Assembly: GCA_964035545.1 (NCBI GenBank)
Contig: OZ037770.1
Location: 1,550,001 to 1,614,000 of the forward strand
DNA: 64,000 bases
Source of the DNA: Bugula neritina
Taxonomy: Eukaryota > Animalia > Bryozoa
Direction: 5' to 3'
In this document: piece by piece, positions 15,101-28,700 of the stretch
How the letters are laid out: each line of letters begins with the position of its first letter
How positions within the stretch are numbered: the first letter of the stretch is position 1
Program-made: the position numbers and the translations under genes
Notes under the pieces: model-generated
What the model was told of the DNA's origin: nothing
Seen by the model: only the letters and a program-made list of their open reading frames with translations
The model's database searches: none

Positions 15101-16414
15101 ATGAAATAAAATTTTTTTTCTGTGACATCCTAATATACTTCCCACCATATACAATAAGCTGCATATTTATTTGATTATATGAAATATAACATATTTCAGT
15201 CCAAGTCTCAGTGTGTAAATTTGCTGTACTTAAATTCCAAAAATAACATTGAACCTGTATGAGTGTGCTGTTAAATTTTGAAAATGGTTAGCAGCAGCAC
15301 TGGCATCTATTTTGGCTAGTTTGTTGACTGTTGGGTTTCATTGCTTATTTCTGTGTATATTATATATTTCAAACCTATTGACTCTGCAAATTAAAATAAT
15401 ATAAAAACAAAGACTTTAAGAAACAAATATCTGGTGTGTTTTTGAACAGTCAGATAAAAAGAAACTTACCATCATCACAGTTTGGTGAGCTCTCAATGCA
15501 AGCATTACAGAGTACAGAATAACAACTCCTACATGCCATGGCATAGGGTAGTTCGCGATGTTCAGAGCATAACCTGGTTTCTAGTTTTCTAGCCTCCACT
15601 CTGTAGTCAGTCATTGTAATCATAGGGTGAGCTCCATGGAGGTCATCATGAGACTGTGATATACAAGCTTATATATAAATAGCTGTAACCAATATACGTG
15701 TTTAGCGACAGTTAGGCAACACTCCTTCAAAAATTCTAGCTCTTGAGGTCTTTATTTAAAATAATTAGCACTGTAATATATAATTTGAATTACATTGCCC
15801 TGTATCTGCTATACTGTATTATAGTTGGGAACAGACAGTGGTGATGTAACATAGTAAGCAAAAAGTGTCAATTTTCAAATAAAAATTAAGATGAGCTGTA
15901 GAGTAAGTTTTAGATATCCTCACCTCTCTGTGTTTAGCACAGAACTTAGCAGTACATGTCTTACAATAAACAACAGCTTGTTGATTGGCTACACCTTTTC
16001 TAGTACAGGTGTCACAGCATAGAGACAAGTCATCTCTTGTGTTGGAGGTAGGAAGTGAGTCTATCTCAACATCATATACTTCTCTGTAATACAAAACAGC
16101 AGCTAGCAGTGTCCCTAATGCTAGTAGGCAACTTAATCAGGATGAGTCATTGTAAGTAGATCAAACTATTAGACAAATTGTTTGAAGCTGTACCAGCAAA
16201 TAATTAGACAGGAAGCAGTATGATTCAGTGTAGGCAGAACTATGTAAACATACCTGCAGAAGGGACATCTGACTATTCTACTAACTTCAAAGCTTCCTGT
16301 CAGACATCTTGAACAGTGTATGTGTCCACAAGGTAGAGATCTTGGATCTTCCAGATCTTCCAATCTACCAACACAGAACCCACATTCTATCTGGTTGTCT
16401 CTTCCTTCAGCCAT
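12153..16414 (-). CDS. TRIM-family protein copy A (RING, B-box1, B-box2, coiled coil, NHL-like beta-propeller), ~608 aa, 8 coding exons
   Basis: Exons with GT-AG boundaries and consistent phases: 16414-16254 (MAEG..CGFC..PCGHIHCSRC..CPFC, RING), 16083-15924 (CDTC..YCKTC..FCAKH), 15653-15470 (CSEH..CRSC..LCNAC), 15096-14900, 14575-14405, 14228-14123 (coiled coil), 13165-12449 (propeller repeats), 12283-12153 (..VLFYQID*). Total 1827 nt, open throughout. Confidence 0.9.
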
Positions 16415-16563
16415 TTTTAGGAATAAGAACACTCCGCTAAAATTTTCTAAAATACATCAACATATAGAATATTTAGGACATAAATAATGTAAAGGTTTTG
16501 CCTCTGTTTTACCCCACAGCTGCTCCCATAACATTTGTATAGAAATAATAAAATAATACTTAC

Positions 16564-16780
16564 CAGTTCTCTGTATTGTTTCTCCACTCAGGTAACTTTA
16601 TATGGAGCCGAGGATTCTTATAGTGTGACTTGTTGAAATCTCAGAAAGAGATGTGACTAACAAAGTATAGCTACCCACTCGATATGAAATAATATAATGA
16701 TGGGTGGCTAAAACTAGTTTGAACTTGACGTATATGGACATGCTTCACCTCCGTGGTTCATATCTGTTACTTATTATGTA
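16564..16780 (-). promoter_or_regulatory. Putative non-coding first exon and core promoter of copy A
   Basis: Donor G|GTAAGT at 16564/16563. Motifs atgggtggctaaaactagttt and tggttcatatctgt are shared with B (~22080), C (~44503) and D (~61355) at a similar distance from an equivalent donor. Confidence 0.45.
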
Positions 16781-18451
16781 GATAAGAATTATTGTTTGTC
16801 TAAAATCACACTGCGCATGAGATAATGAAGTCAATATGTGTGCTTGTAAGTTAATAACTGTGCCTCTATTTACATAGATAACGCAGTGTGAAAGTATAGA
16901 ATCTAGATATGAGACTATGTTGTTTATACAATGATTTGCCACACTTGAAATACATCAGCAGTTTCATGAACCCACTAAATATATAATAAGTCTAACAATA
17001 AAGTGTGCAAGCAACTATCTGCTTTCATATACTGCTGGTGAAAGCTCAACGCAAAAATTTGATTTCATGCACAAAATCAAATTTTTATTTTACACATTCC
17101 AATATTCATAAATATTTACAAAGAGAGATGCTTGCTAAAATGTATTATATCTTGGTGAAAAACTGATCAAATAAAAGTGACAAACTTGCATTACGCTTTC
17201 AACATATTAAACTTAATATGCTATATTTTGTAGAGGTCCATGCCTCAATATATCAGTGTACTATTACTTTATATAATCTATTAATCTCAATTATGAGCAT
17301 GTTATTGTTTCTCAAAAACCCAGGACTGCATGGTTATGAAAAGTTTAGTTTATATTCACAAACATAATTTTAAGCTTTCAAGTTTTATTGTAATATACCA
17401 ATGTTTTTTTCAAATGATAGCCATATAATTTAGGAAAAAATAGCTTTCAAGAGATGTCTATTTTTCTTTGCACAATTGTCTACAATCATATTTTGATAAC
17501 AAACAATGCAATTAGATGCACTTAATTTGTTGCATATATTTGTAAACAGGATTGAAATATTACTACCTTATTGGTACTTTTAAAACCCTTACCTATTTTT
17601 TTCATTGATCTTATTTTGCTATATTGCATTAAACAGAATAAATAAATGACCCAGTTTCATCTACCATTTAAATCAGTATTCTTTTTCAAGATTATTTAGC
17701 TCAAGTACGGATGCTGCGTTAATTTGGAATTTTTTTTTGGAAAATTCAATACATAATCATATTACCGCAGACAGAAATTGTGCTTTAGTTGCTTTGCTAT
17801 AATGCCGATTAATTAACAAATGCCATTTACTGAAACTTTTGAACTACTATAGTTTCTTGTTCAGCCTGTCTGGTATGACAACTTGATCATTAACAACTAC
17901 CGGTTTGATGCAGCGCCAGTTTTGAATATCAGGATGAATCCAGCTGGTGACGAGTTTCCCTGTTAGTGCATGTACTCAGACTGTGTGAGGTTTACCATAT
18001 ACTAAAATATATAGTCTGTCTTTGTATACAGCTACACTGTGTACCACTAAATAGATATTTTAAACCCCTTGCTAGACAGATTATTCCCCTCGATTATAGC
18101 TTCTCCCTCATCACTAAGTCCAACATAAAATTGCCGAGATAACTACAAACTGAAGTACAGTCACCAGATACAGGAACTGTATGTAGGAGAGTTAATTATA
18201 TAGGTAGAGTATCAGTAGTAGTCAGCTCGTGTTCAGTGTGCATACGTTTCTCTGAAAGGAGAAAATATTTAATTCAATCTCTCTTCTCTCTCCTGCAAGT
18301 AGAATAAAAACTAAGTTATTGCAGTGTGATTCAACCTATGATGGTAGTTGTTCAGGTAGCTTAAGAACGCCACCTATATGTTTAATATTTGGTCTTTCTC
18401 GCTGTTGCAATAATAAAATGATCAAATATTATATATTTACGGCATATGCAG

Positions 18452-18554
<103 letters not shown>

Positions 18555-18667
18555 TTCTATAATTAAAAATGAATCAAAGAACTCAATATTTCGAAAAATA
18601 GAGTATTTATATTTGGTACACTAACAATACTAATTTTAAAACAAAATCACTCAAGCGTACACACAAC

Positions 18668-18712
18668 GACCTGATGATCGTAGCTCGCACTACGTGAAAC
18701 AATATTGTAGTC
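18668..18712 (+). ncRNA. Minimal type I hammerhead ribozyme in a ~215-bp insert within a TA tract
   Basis: gac-CTGATGA-t-cgtag-ctcgca-ctacg-t-GAAAC-aatatt-GTA-gtc; palindromic stem III (acaatattgt); stem I only 3 bp. Confidence 0.7.
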
Positions 18713-18762
18713 AATAGAATGAAGATCTAAGTTTATTTTTATATCCAAAATTGTATTAGTAC

Positions 18763-18800
<38 letters not shown>

Positions 18801-19715
18801 CGATAAGTTAAATGCACCAATTACTAGACTCACTTAGTTCAGGAGATACTTCATTTAGGCTGAGGTAAAGATATTCAGAAAGGTTTAAAAGTTACAACCG
18901 CAACATGAGGCAAAAAAAAATTGGCCTTTGGTACAGTTAAGAAGATGATGCCAAAGAATGGAAATTGTGATGATTATGCTAAATTTTAAAACTTCTACAA
19001 GAAGTTGGTTGGTCAAAGACTGCTGAGTAACTTTGGTAAAAGCTTTCACAAAAAACCTAATAAGATGAAAAGTTTTCCACTCAGATTCAGTCAAATATGC
19101 AAGCTTAAAGCAAAGCCTGTAAACATGTTTAATAGACTACTAACCTTTGACCTGTAAACCAGACTTTGATATCTCTAGAGTAGGAAACTCAAGAGCTAAC
19201 AACTTTCTGATATCCTTCATTGTCTTCTCATGTCCTGTTATAATATCCACCTGAATATTAGAATAATATCAATACCAGAGTTTTGCAATATTATATGAGT
19301 ATCATCTGTACATATCTCATTTCAATTATTGGCGTCATGTATTAGTTGTATATTACAATCAAATTAAAAATATAGTTTTATTTAAATCAAAAAATATAAT
19401 TACAGGTTCTAGGTTCCATACCTGGTGATTGTGTTTATGTCTAGCCTCAATCTGTAATCTATGTCTATTAAGATCAGATAATTTAACTCCAACATTTTGT
19501 TCTGTGAATCTTTCCAGTTCCAACTTCACATTTTCTCTCAATTTCAGCAACTCTTGCTCCAGTTTTTTGTATTTTAACTCAATACTCTGAATCTATCAAT
19601 AGGATTAGTGCACAATATGCATATTTGAATAAACATTTTAGTGCATGAAAATAATTGTTCAAAAATATTCAGTGCTTTAGCAAGTTTTTTTGTCTATCTC
19701 TAGAAGATATAGTAT

Positions 19716-20111
19716 TGTAGTTTTATGCACTACCAAGTTGGGTGCTTTTGTATGCACCAGTAATTATTGCATGTCCACAATGAGGTTATGGAAAGAAGCG
19801 AAATAGTTGACGTTTTAAGTAAGAGCCGTATTGAAATTATAATTACATATATTTAGAGTCATAGCGGAAGTAGCAAAAGAGTACAGATTGGAAAACGGTT
19901 ACACAGGTTAACCTATCTAGCTGACAGTGATTTTCCAACTCAAGCTGAGTGCCGGAAGGTATAACAGTTTATATCCAAAAGGTTGGTCCTGATTGGGTGG
20001 TATAGGGTTCCTGTGGTATTGCCGTAGTGAGTGACATGGTGCCGCAAAGAGTTGCGGTAACGCTAACGGAGTTGTGGCTATTTGGAACTTTATGCCTCAT
20101 ATTATAATACA
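19716..20111. mobile_element. Possible solo LTR in intron 4 of copy B
   Basis: TGTA...TACA-bounded, GC-richer block absent from intron 4 of A/C/D; no clean TSD. Confidence 0.4.
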
Positions 20112-22756
20112 AATACTTAGGTAGAGGTTCTAGGAGATATATTTCTCACAGCCATTTTTAATAGCTTTTTAAATTTTAATCCAATTGCCTTCTTTTAGCT
20201 AAACTTCTAACATGTTTATGGGCTGTTTTTATATACCTGTTCATCCCGTGTTTTATGGAGTGTCTCTATCATATCTCTAGTCTCATTATCATAGTCACAT
20301 AATACTCCAGTCATGTGTTTCATCAACCCTTGAAACTGATCTTCTTTCTTCAGAATTTCTGATCTCATTTTATGCATTTCTCCAGAGAGCTTTGCCACCA
20401 GCCCCTTCAATGTCATCAGTTTGTGTGGAGAGCCTGTATAGACAAAACAATTCTTTGACCAGGCATTCTTCTTACTGTAGTATCTGTTAGATTGTACAAT
20501 ATACTTCACTTCAAGTGTCAGTTTGGTAGTTTGCTGTACTTACATTATAGAATTATTAATGAGCCTGCGTGTATGTTATAATTTTGAAAATATTTAGTAG
20601 TATTACCAGCATATTGAAACATCAGATAGATAGAAACTTACCATTATCACAGTTTGGTGAGATCTCAATGCAGGCATTACAGAGTACGGAGTGACAAGTC
20701 TGACATCCCATAGTGTAGAGTAGCTTTGAGTGTGTAGAGCATAGCCTGGGTTCTAGTTTTCTAGCCTCTACTCTGTAGTCAGTCATTGTGATCATAGGAT
20801 GTGGTCCATGGAGATCATCATGTGACTACGAAACACATTTTTACAACTCGTATTTGTTTTTAGCTTTGATTAGGCAGCAGGCCTCCAAAATTGAAATCTT
20901 TATTGGAAAGGATTTGCATCAGCACAAACTGCTTTGTTATATGTAGCATACATGTACTGTAGTTAGAAAAAGACATAATATATTGTCGCAGTGTCCGTTT
21001 TCAAAAGTAAAACTCAACAAATTTTACATAAATTCATAGTTTTGACTGCCAGGAAAGCAAAACTTTGAAATAACATATATTATATTTGCGTGTTAAATAT
21101 TCTCACCTCTCTGTGTTTAGCACAGAACTTAGCAGTACATGTCTTACAATAAACAACAGCTTGTTGATTGGCTACACCTTTTCTAGTGCAGGTGTCACAG
21201 CATAAAGACAAGTCATCTCTTGTGTTGGAGGTAGAAAGTGAGTCTATCTCAACATCATATACTTCCCTAAAATATAGGAAACAATTAGACAAATTGTTTG
21301 AAGCTGTACCTGCAAATAATTGGACAGGAAGCAGTATGATTCAGTGTAGGCAGAACTATGTGAACATACCTGCAGAAAGGACATCTGACTATTTTACTAA
21401 CTTCAAAGCTTCCTGTCAGACATCTTAAACAGTGTATGTGTCCACAAGGTAGAGATCTTGGATCTTCCAGATCTTCTAATCTACCAACACAGAACCCACA
21501 TTCTATCTGGTTTTCTCCTCCTTCAGCCATTGTTTATAGCTCTGAGAATCTTCCGCTGTAATTTGCAATAGTGAAAAGCTCAAAGAAAAGTTTATGAAAT
21601 AACTAAAAACAACAAAAAGATCACCAAAAAGCTATTGTATTTAACAATTACATAAACTCAGTAACGTCTACTAAATATGTATGTAGATTTAGAGTTAGAT
21701 TTGTTTAATTAGTCTTGGTTATGTAAAAAGTTTACACACTTTCTATTGCCATCGTACCTGTGAAGCAGCAACAAACTCAAAAAAAGTAAAAATTAAACCT
21801 ATTATATATATTATTTTGAGAATTTACGAGACATTTTGAAAAAAAACTTATACTTAAAACAAGTAAGAAAACACAATTAATTGCACTTTGACATGTCACT
21901 GCGGATTAGAGATTTACTGAACTATATAAGTGTCAATAAAATCACAAAATAAAATACTCACCAACTTTGCAATATTATATACTTCTTAGCTGAGATAAGT
22001 TTAATCGAAGTCTGGTAGCTTAAGTTGAAGTCCTGGAGAGGTGTGATGGAAAAGCAGCTATCTACTAAATATATTATAATGATGGGTGGCTAAAACTAGT
22101 TTAAAATTGATATATAGACATGCTCTCCGTTCATGGTTCATATCTGTACCTTATCATGTATATATATAGCAGATAAGAATTCTTGTTTGTTTAAATCACA
22201 CTGAGTATATAAGATGCTAGGCTCAATATGTATGCTTCTATATAGCTAAGTTAGTAACTGTGCGTCTACCTACACTGATAACACAGCGTGCAAGAATAGA
22301 AGTGAGACTTATTTAATATTGTTTATATAATGATTTGCCACACTTGAAATACATCAGTAGTTTTGTAGACCCACTAAATGTTTGAACCAGCAATATTGAA
22401 GTGTGCAAGAAAATGCTTGTTTTCAAATATGCCTACTGCTGAAAAAAATTTATCATGAAATCAAAGTTACGTTCTGCACATTCTAATTTATAAATATTTG
22501 GTAAATCTTGTAATAATGTTTGCTAGAGTTAACGTAATAACTGTGACTCTATCTACTCTGTGAGGGTCTAAACATGATACTGTTTGAAGTTTGTATCTTA
22601 GTCTGCCTTGTTCAAAATGGCCTCAGTTGTTACATAACATTATTACTAAAGTGTGCAGGCAAATCATTATAACTACTTGTTCTGCTGACAAAGCTCATTA
22701 TGCAGGTAAATACCAATTTACCATAAACTAATAAGCTTATTCACTGATGATTGTAT

Positions 22757-23121
22757 TGTAGGAGTTGTATCCTCTTGTATATCGAAAAGGCGATTCCAAG
22801 CGTATCTCCTTAGTGTTCCAAGTATACTAGCGGAGCCTACATCTAGCCTAGTACAACGCCTACTAACTCTCAGACAATGGATAGCAGCTTACGATGTAAT
22901 CAATGCATGAGGCTGCCTAATTAGAGTTGATTGACAGCTCGCTTGGATGAGCGCAATTGAATAGCAGCGTTAAATTAGATAAGTAGTGTTTTGCTATCAG
23001 TAATAATGTAGTACTTTTCCTATTTTCTATGATTTCTAAGTATATTTTTAGTCTTGAGCACTTAAGGAATGCATTATAATGAGTAAAAAAAAGAATAGCT
23101 TTTTCCACATACTATTCTACA
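22757..23121. mobile_element. Probable solo LTR, 365 bp
   Basis: TGTAG...CTACA ends, flanks tgtat/tgttt (5-bp TSD with 1 mismatch), higher GC than surroundings. Confidence 0.5.
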
Positions 23122-24324
23122 TGTTTTTGCATGCCATCATATAGTATCTCATATTATTCATATTGGATATGTTTTTTTTTAAATGTTCCTATTGCCAATA
23201 TAACTAGATCACTTTTAAAAATTCTTTTCTGTGCAAAATCTGTTTGGTAAATATAGTTGAATTTTACTTAGAATGGCAATACTAACAATAGTCAGCATAT
23301 CTCATAAACGACACTGCCCCCAAATTCTATTATTGTATGAGAGCATAACTACATATACAAATTGACGTGTAACCGCAACCCTTCTTTTGTTAGTACCAGG
23401 TCAAAGGTTCACTCTATTTACTATTTATCTTCTTGGATGCATCTCCACTGCTGAGATAATTACAAGATTAATTAATTAGAAGAGAGTTAGAGTTAAAAGA
23501 AAGTGACGGCGGCGGGAAAAGATTAAAATTCTCAGACTACATATAGCCGCTAAAATACCTGTTGCCCCTGATTACATCAAGGATAATGTAATATATTAAT
23601 GCTATCTATTTGCATTTAATATCATAAACTTAAAGAAAAACCTCTAGTTATTTATTTATTTTGGGTCTAATAAAATATTAAAAATTGTAGTTATGACAAC
23701 TGTATGAAGACATTGTAAGCATTGGGCAGTCCCAAATAAATGCATTTGCCAGTACCTTTGTAACGAATGCAGTTAATCCAAATATTTATGCCAACAACAA
23801 CACATAAGGATAATCATTATTGTCAAAGAATACTTCATCAAACTGCAAAAAAAACTTGAGTCTAAATCTGGAAAGGCTTATTAAATAATTATATTTCAAA
23901 ACAATTAGCATAAAGCCTTAAAAAACAAGCTTAAATAAGCCTTCCTTATAGGTGTCTGCATGCTTGAAACAATTTCCTTGTTATTAAAAAATCAGTATTT
24001 AAAAAATATTACTTTACAAATTAGAAAAGCGTGGCAATAGTATTTGATTGACTTGAAAACGTATAGAAAATGTTAATTTGAAAAGTTCATTTTTTATTAT
24101 TTTGAGCTAAATATACATGGTTATATTTTTGAATATTATTTCTTATTATGTAATGCAGCTGATATATTAAAAAGTCAAACATGTGACTATATGCATTACA
24201 GCTAAAAAATTAAATATTTATATATGATATACCTGAAAAATAAATATATGTAAGTCTGCGTTATTTCTGTGTATGTATGTGTGCAATAATATATTAGACA
24301 ATGTTAATCTCATGTCATGAATAT

Positions 24325-24438
24325 TTAATCCATCTGATAAAACAGCACTTTATGTGCTCGGCTTCTGGGGACAATCAGAGTATTTCCTGTTACATGAAGA
24401 TCACACACATCAGATTCAAGTCTCACAGCAGAATCTGA
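24325..24438 (-). pseudogene. Orphan terminal exon (exon 8) of a further, deleted TRIM paralog
   Basis: Reads SDSAVRLESDVCDLHVTGNTLIVPRSRAHKVLFYQMD*, homologous to exon 8 of A/C/D. A diverged copy of the 3' flank lies at ~23700-24320. Homology stops abruptly at ~24438 with no acceptor. Confidence 0.8.
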
Positions 24439-25404
24439 GCTAGTAGAGTCAATCAAGTAATAATATAATATCTGTAAATAGGTATAGTTTTGTGACTAAA
24501 TAATATTTATTACTAACATCTGCATTGGGTTATAATCAAAAGCACCAAAATATATAAAAGTAACTTTTTGATACGTTATATAATACCTTTTTAAGATATC
24601 TTTCAAAAAATTAATCGCATCAAAATTTATAGTCGTCTTGTTGAGGTCCAGTTTTTGTTTTCATAACGCATTTCATTTCATAACAGCAATCATCAGTATT
24701 AGAGCATTCATCTAGAAATAATTGCACCAAAAGGCAAATATATATAGAAATTTTTATTCAACAGAGGTAAAGTTTCCTGTAAGACAGCCAAGCTTCATGA
24801 TATCTTTTAGGAGTTGTACGACCTTCACTTTACGCTGGCTGAAGCTGGTTAAAGCACTGGCTTGCTAAACACGAGACCATGTGGGTTCAATCACGAGTAA
24901 CCATCATTGGAGATGTTAGGAAGAGTATTCAGTCATAATTACTTCTGTAGCCTGCTTTTCAAACTCCCTTTCCATCAAAGGTTTCTCACATGGATAGTAA
25001 TTATAAACTTGCATGAGCTTTTTGTTATAATTATATAATGTGATTTGATTGGAAAAATTTATTAGATTACTTTGCCAACTGACTGAGTGCTCATGAAGAT
25101 ATAACCATCATATTACGAGATAACTTACTGCTTTGAAGATAAAGTTGAAAGTAACGTACCCCCTCTCTTTTTACAATAGTTTTCTATCTTCATCTTGGCA
25201 GCAATAACTAACATATACTCCAGGAGGTCAGCTAAAGAGCTTCTAAACAGGCATTTAAAATAAAATATACCTATTAGTATACATGTAAATATTATAATGA
25301 ATTTAAGTATAGTATATGTTGTAGTATACATATGGTACAATTATAGTATATATTGTAATGACGTGGTATGTATTATAATACAATTAGTATATCTATGTGA
25401 ATAA

Positions 25405-25605
25405 GGGAGCAGCCGTGGTCTAGGGGTTAGAGTGTTTGCCTATAGTGAATGCAGGTTCATGGGTTCGAGCCCAGACAAAAACCATTGGCGATACTAAGAA
25501 AAACATTCAGACATACTTGCTTCTGAGCCTCATTTAAATAAGTCCTTAGCCCACTTTACCAAAAACCTTTTCCATCAGGGGTTTCTCATAGGGATAGTGA
25601 CTATA
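25405..25605 (+). mobile_element. tRNA-derived SINE, same family
   Basis: A box tggtctagggg, B box ggttcgagccc, body matches the other copies. The paralogous copy at 53684-53728 is truncated by a TA tract. Older related copies at ~24830-25010 and ~53080-53230. Confidence 0.75.
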
Positions 25606-25950
25606 TACAAACTTGCATGAGTATATGTATTGTGAATAAAATTGTACATGCATGCTTAGCTACATAGTTTACAATGATAACTATTACTACACCAATTATA
25701 GATGTCAATGTATTTCAATATATGTAGGGTGAGTTGTTTATTGCACTCTATAACCAAATTTGTACACGGAAAATAAAACTTAGTTAGAAGCCACCAGAAT
25801 GTAATAGGTTGTGGCATTTTTTATGCTGATTACAAATAATTATAAGACAACAAGTTGAGAGGTAATCCTGCACAAATAAAGTATATATTGAACAGCTGCA
25901 TAGTAATTTTCTGATTAAAATCTTTTGTTTTTGGACCAAAAATTTAGCAA

Positions 25951-26220
<270 letters not shown>

Positions 26221-27239
26221 TTAAATGTGGTTTCATAGGGGGCTGCTCATAGGGGGCTTATATGCATTTGGTATATTTCGATACCATAGGGGGCCTATAA
26301 ACAGAGCCCCCTCTGTTATCAGAATATATCATATTATTTTTACTTCGAAATTGTCTTCTCATTTTTACTTTTTGAGTAATAAAAGCTATATTACATTTGT
26401 ACTATGCAAAGTATAGAAACTCAATTGGTTTTGTTCTACTTTGTCTGCTATAATTAATTCTCCAACAATTTCAGTTAAAAAAAATTATTTTTCAACTTCT
26501 ATTCACACTATGCCATTAATCTCTGTAAGGAACTGATATAGCCATGCATTCAAAATAAAAAAAATTACACTTCAATTTCCTATGTTATGTATTTCCTTTT
26601 TAAAATCGAATAAGGATTTTCATGTCTAATAATTCGAAGTGCACCCTGTATCATCCTCATTACATTTGTTGATGTTTTGCTTATTCTTATATTTTGTTCA
26701 GGTAATGAAAGTTGTATATATATATTTTTTTATATAACAGGAAAAGTTCAATTAAATTGAACCAAGTGTATATAGTTTTAAACTGTAAAAACAAGTACTT
26801 TGAAAAAGAAATTGCACGTCATTCAATAAGCAAGTGAAGTAAAATATTGTAATAGCAAAAATAGAATAGCAGTTAGTTGACAAAATACAGATATAATTAA
26901 TTAATTAAAAGTTGCCTCAAATTATTATAAGCCTATATTGTATACTTAAAGAATGAATGAAACATATAATGTATATTTTATTTTAAAAATTACTCAATTT
27001 GATTGCAGCCAGTTTATACTGTAATATCTAATATCTATAGTATTTTCCTGTATTAAAAAATATGTGTGTTAAGTTCATTTAGCTACCATGCATATACCTA
27101 CTATAATTTGGACAAAGCAAGATAAAACTAATTTCTAATCTAGCTATATGTTCTAAAGTTTTTTAATAAAAAACAATTGGATAGATAGCACCACTATATA
27201 GGTATTATACTAAAAAAAACGGCCAAGTATGCACTTCTA

Positions 27240-28700
27240 TTTACCAGATGCTAAACGATTTGCTTCAAAGGCTTATTTTTGAAGTTTTACTAGCTATTCC
27301 TTTCATTAAATCAACCGTATAGGTACAGTATTTTGCAGATTTCTTAAAAGTCTGCCTCAGTGATTCTTTGAACAGTTATATAGATGGCAATTTGAGAGCA
27401 CTGTTTGTAATCAATCATTAAAGAACACGCAGAACACCATTGCTTTAAACTAATCTTAAGAATATTAGCACATTTTCTGCACTTCATCTTCATGATGCAT
27501 CATATGAGAACAAAATGTCCTACTAATATTTTTGTCATTGCTAATATTATTTGAAGTACTAATGCACAATAGGCTGATAATTTTTTAATATTTATTTCAA
27601 AATAATTATAGTATTCTATTTGAATTTACATAACAAAGAGACTTGTAATATATGATAGGATTAAACCAATTAGAATATATTTTTCACAATCATTTATATC
27701 TGAAAATGTACTTTGAACTGTGATTCTTTGCTATAGTGCACACAAAACAGTCGGCTAGTACACTTTCATATGCTCTAAAGTCTATAGAGATTAACTCAAC
27801 GCTTCAGTAAAATATATTGAGTTAAAGCTGAATGTAAAGCTACTAATTATATGCTCTTTCTTCTCAAACCCATATCTGAGTTCTTTTTTTAAATGCTTTA
27901 CGGAGCACATATAAGAGCAACCCCTAACTATATCTTTCACAGTTGCTAATATATAAAATAGTGCTTCTTAAAAAACCTGAAGCTATGTGTACTAAAACAA
28001 AATTTGAAAACCATGTTGTCTAGCCTTTTATAAGCTATTGAAACTTTTTGTTGGCTAGAAATGCAGCAGTTACACTACAAATTACTCTTTAATTGCAATA
28101 GCTTCAAAAGAAATATATTAGCAAGCTTCTGAATGTGCCTTGATTTTTTTTTAATCTTTAGCAGTAACTTTTATAGATTTAATGTTAACAATTAGTGGTA
28201 TAATATACAAGCTTCTTCAAAACTGCTCCCAACTCTTAGCAATTGGGCATTTTGTTTGCATGAGCAGACGTTTCAGAACTCGTCTATGTTACTGCTTTTA
28301 CATACTTTTTATTTAATCTTGTACTGGTAAACTACATTTTCTTACTGGCCTTACCTGGCATAAATATATTGACAATTCAAATATTGGCACAACAATTTGT
28401 AAGCTAGGATAGCAGTTTATGCACAATCGCACTATATATGCAACTGGTTTATCTCTCTTTTTGTCCTAATGCTAGAGAGACAAATTAACATAATATTTAT
28501 GACAAGCACCAGATTTTTTCCTATTTTTTTTGTTTGGGTATCAGTCTACTACTAGCATTACGACATAGCCTTGTAAACTAAGACAAGTAGACAACTTTCC
28601 TTCTACAATGTGTAAGTCATCTTCCATTGAAATACAGAATGTTTAATGCATGCTTTATAAACATCAGCAAGACTTTCCTGGTACTTTATAGTAATATATT
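27240..28700 (-). pseudogene. Decayed spliced tyrosine-recombinase-like gene
   Basis: A phase-consistent splice (donor ~27711, acceptor 27519) gives LISIDFRAYESVLA..KNHSSK|TFCSHMMHHEDEVQKMC*. The TAA at 27467-27465 is 9 codons after a His, where the catalytic Tyr would be. Upstream HK(T)- and CR-like motifs need frameshifts. Confidence 0.35.

Noticed and set aside
12153-16414. Assigning a vertebrate symbol such as TRIM2, TRIM3, TRIM56 or TRIM71
   Set aside because: No filamin domain and divergent propeller repeats; looks like a lineage-specific expansion and orthology cannot be established here.
21168-21428. Antisense ORFs over TRIM exons 1-2 (also 43640-43900, 60707-60964)
   Set aside because: Shadow frames of the coding strand, repeated only because the locus is duplicated.
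25405-25480. Possible tRNA gene
   Set aside because: A and B boxes are present but there is no proper acceptor stem and the sequence continues into a repeated SINE body.
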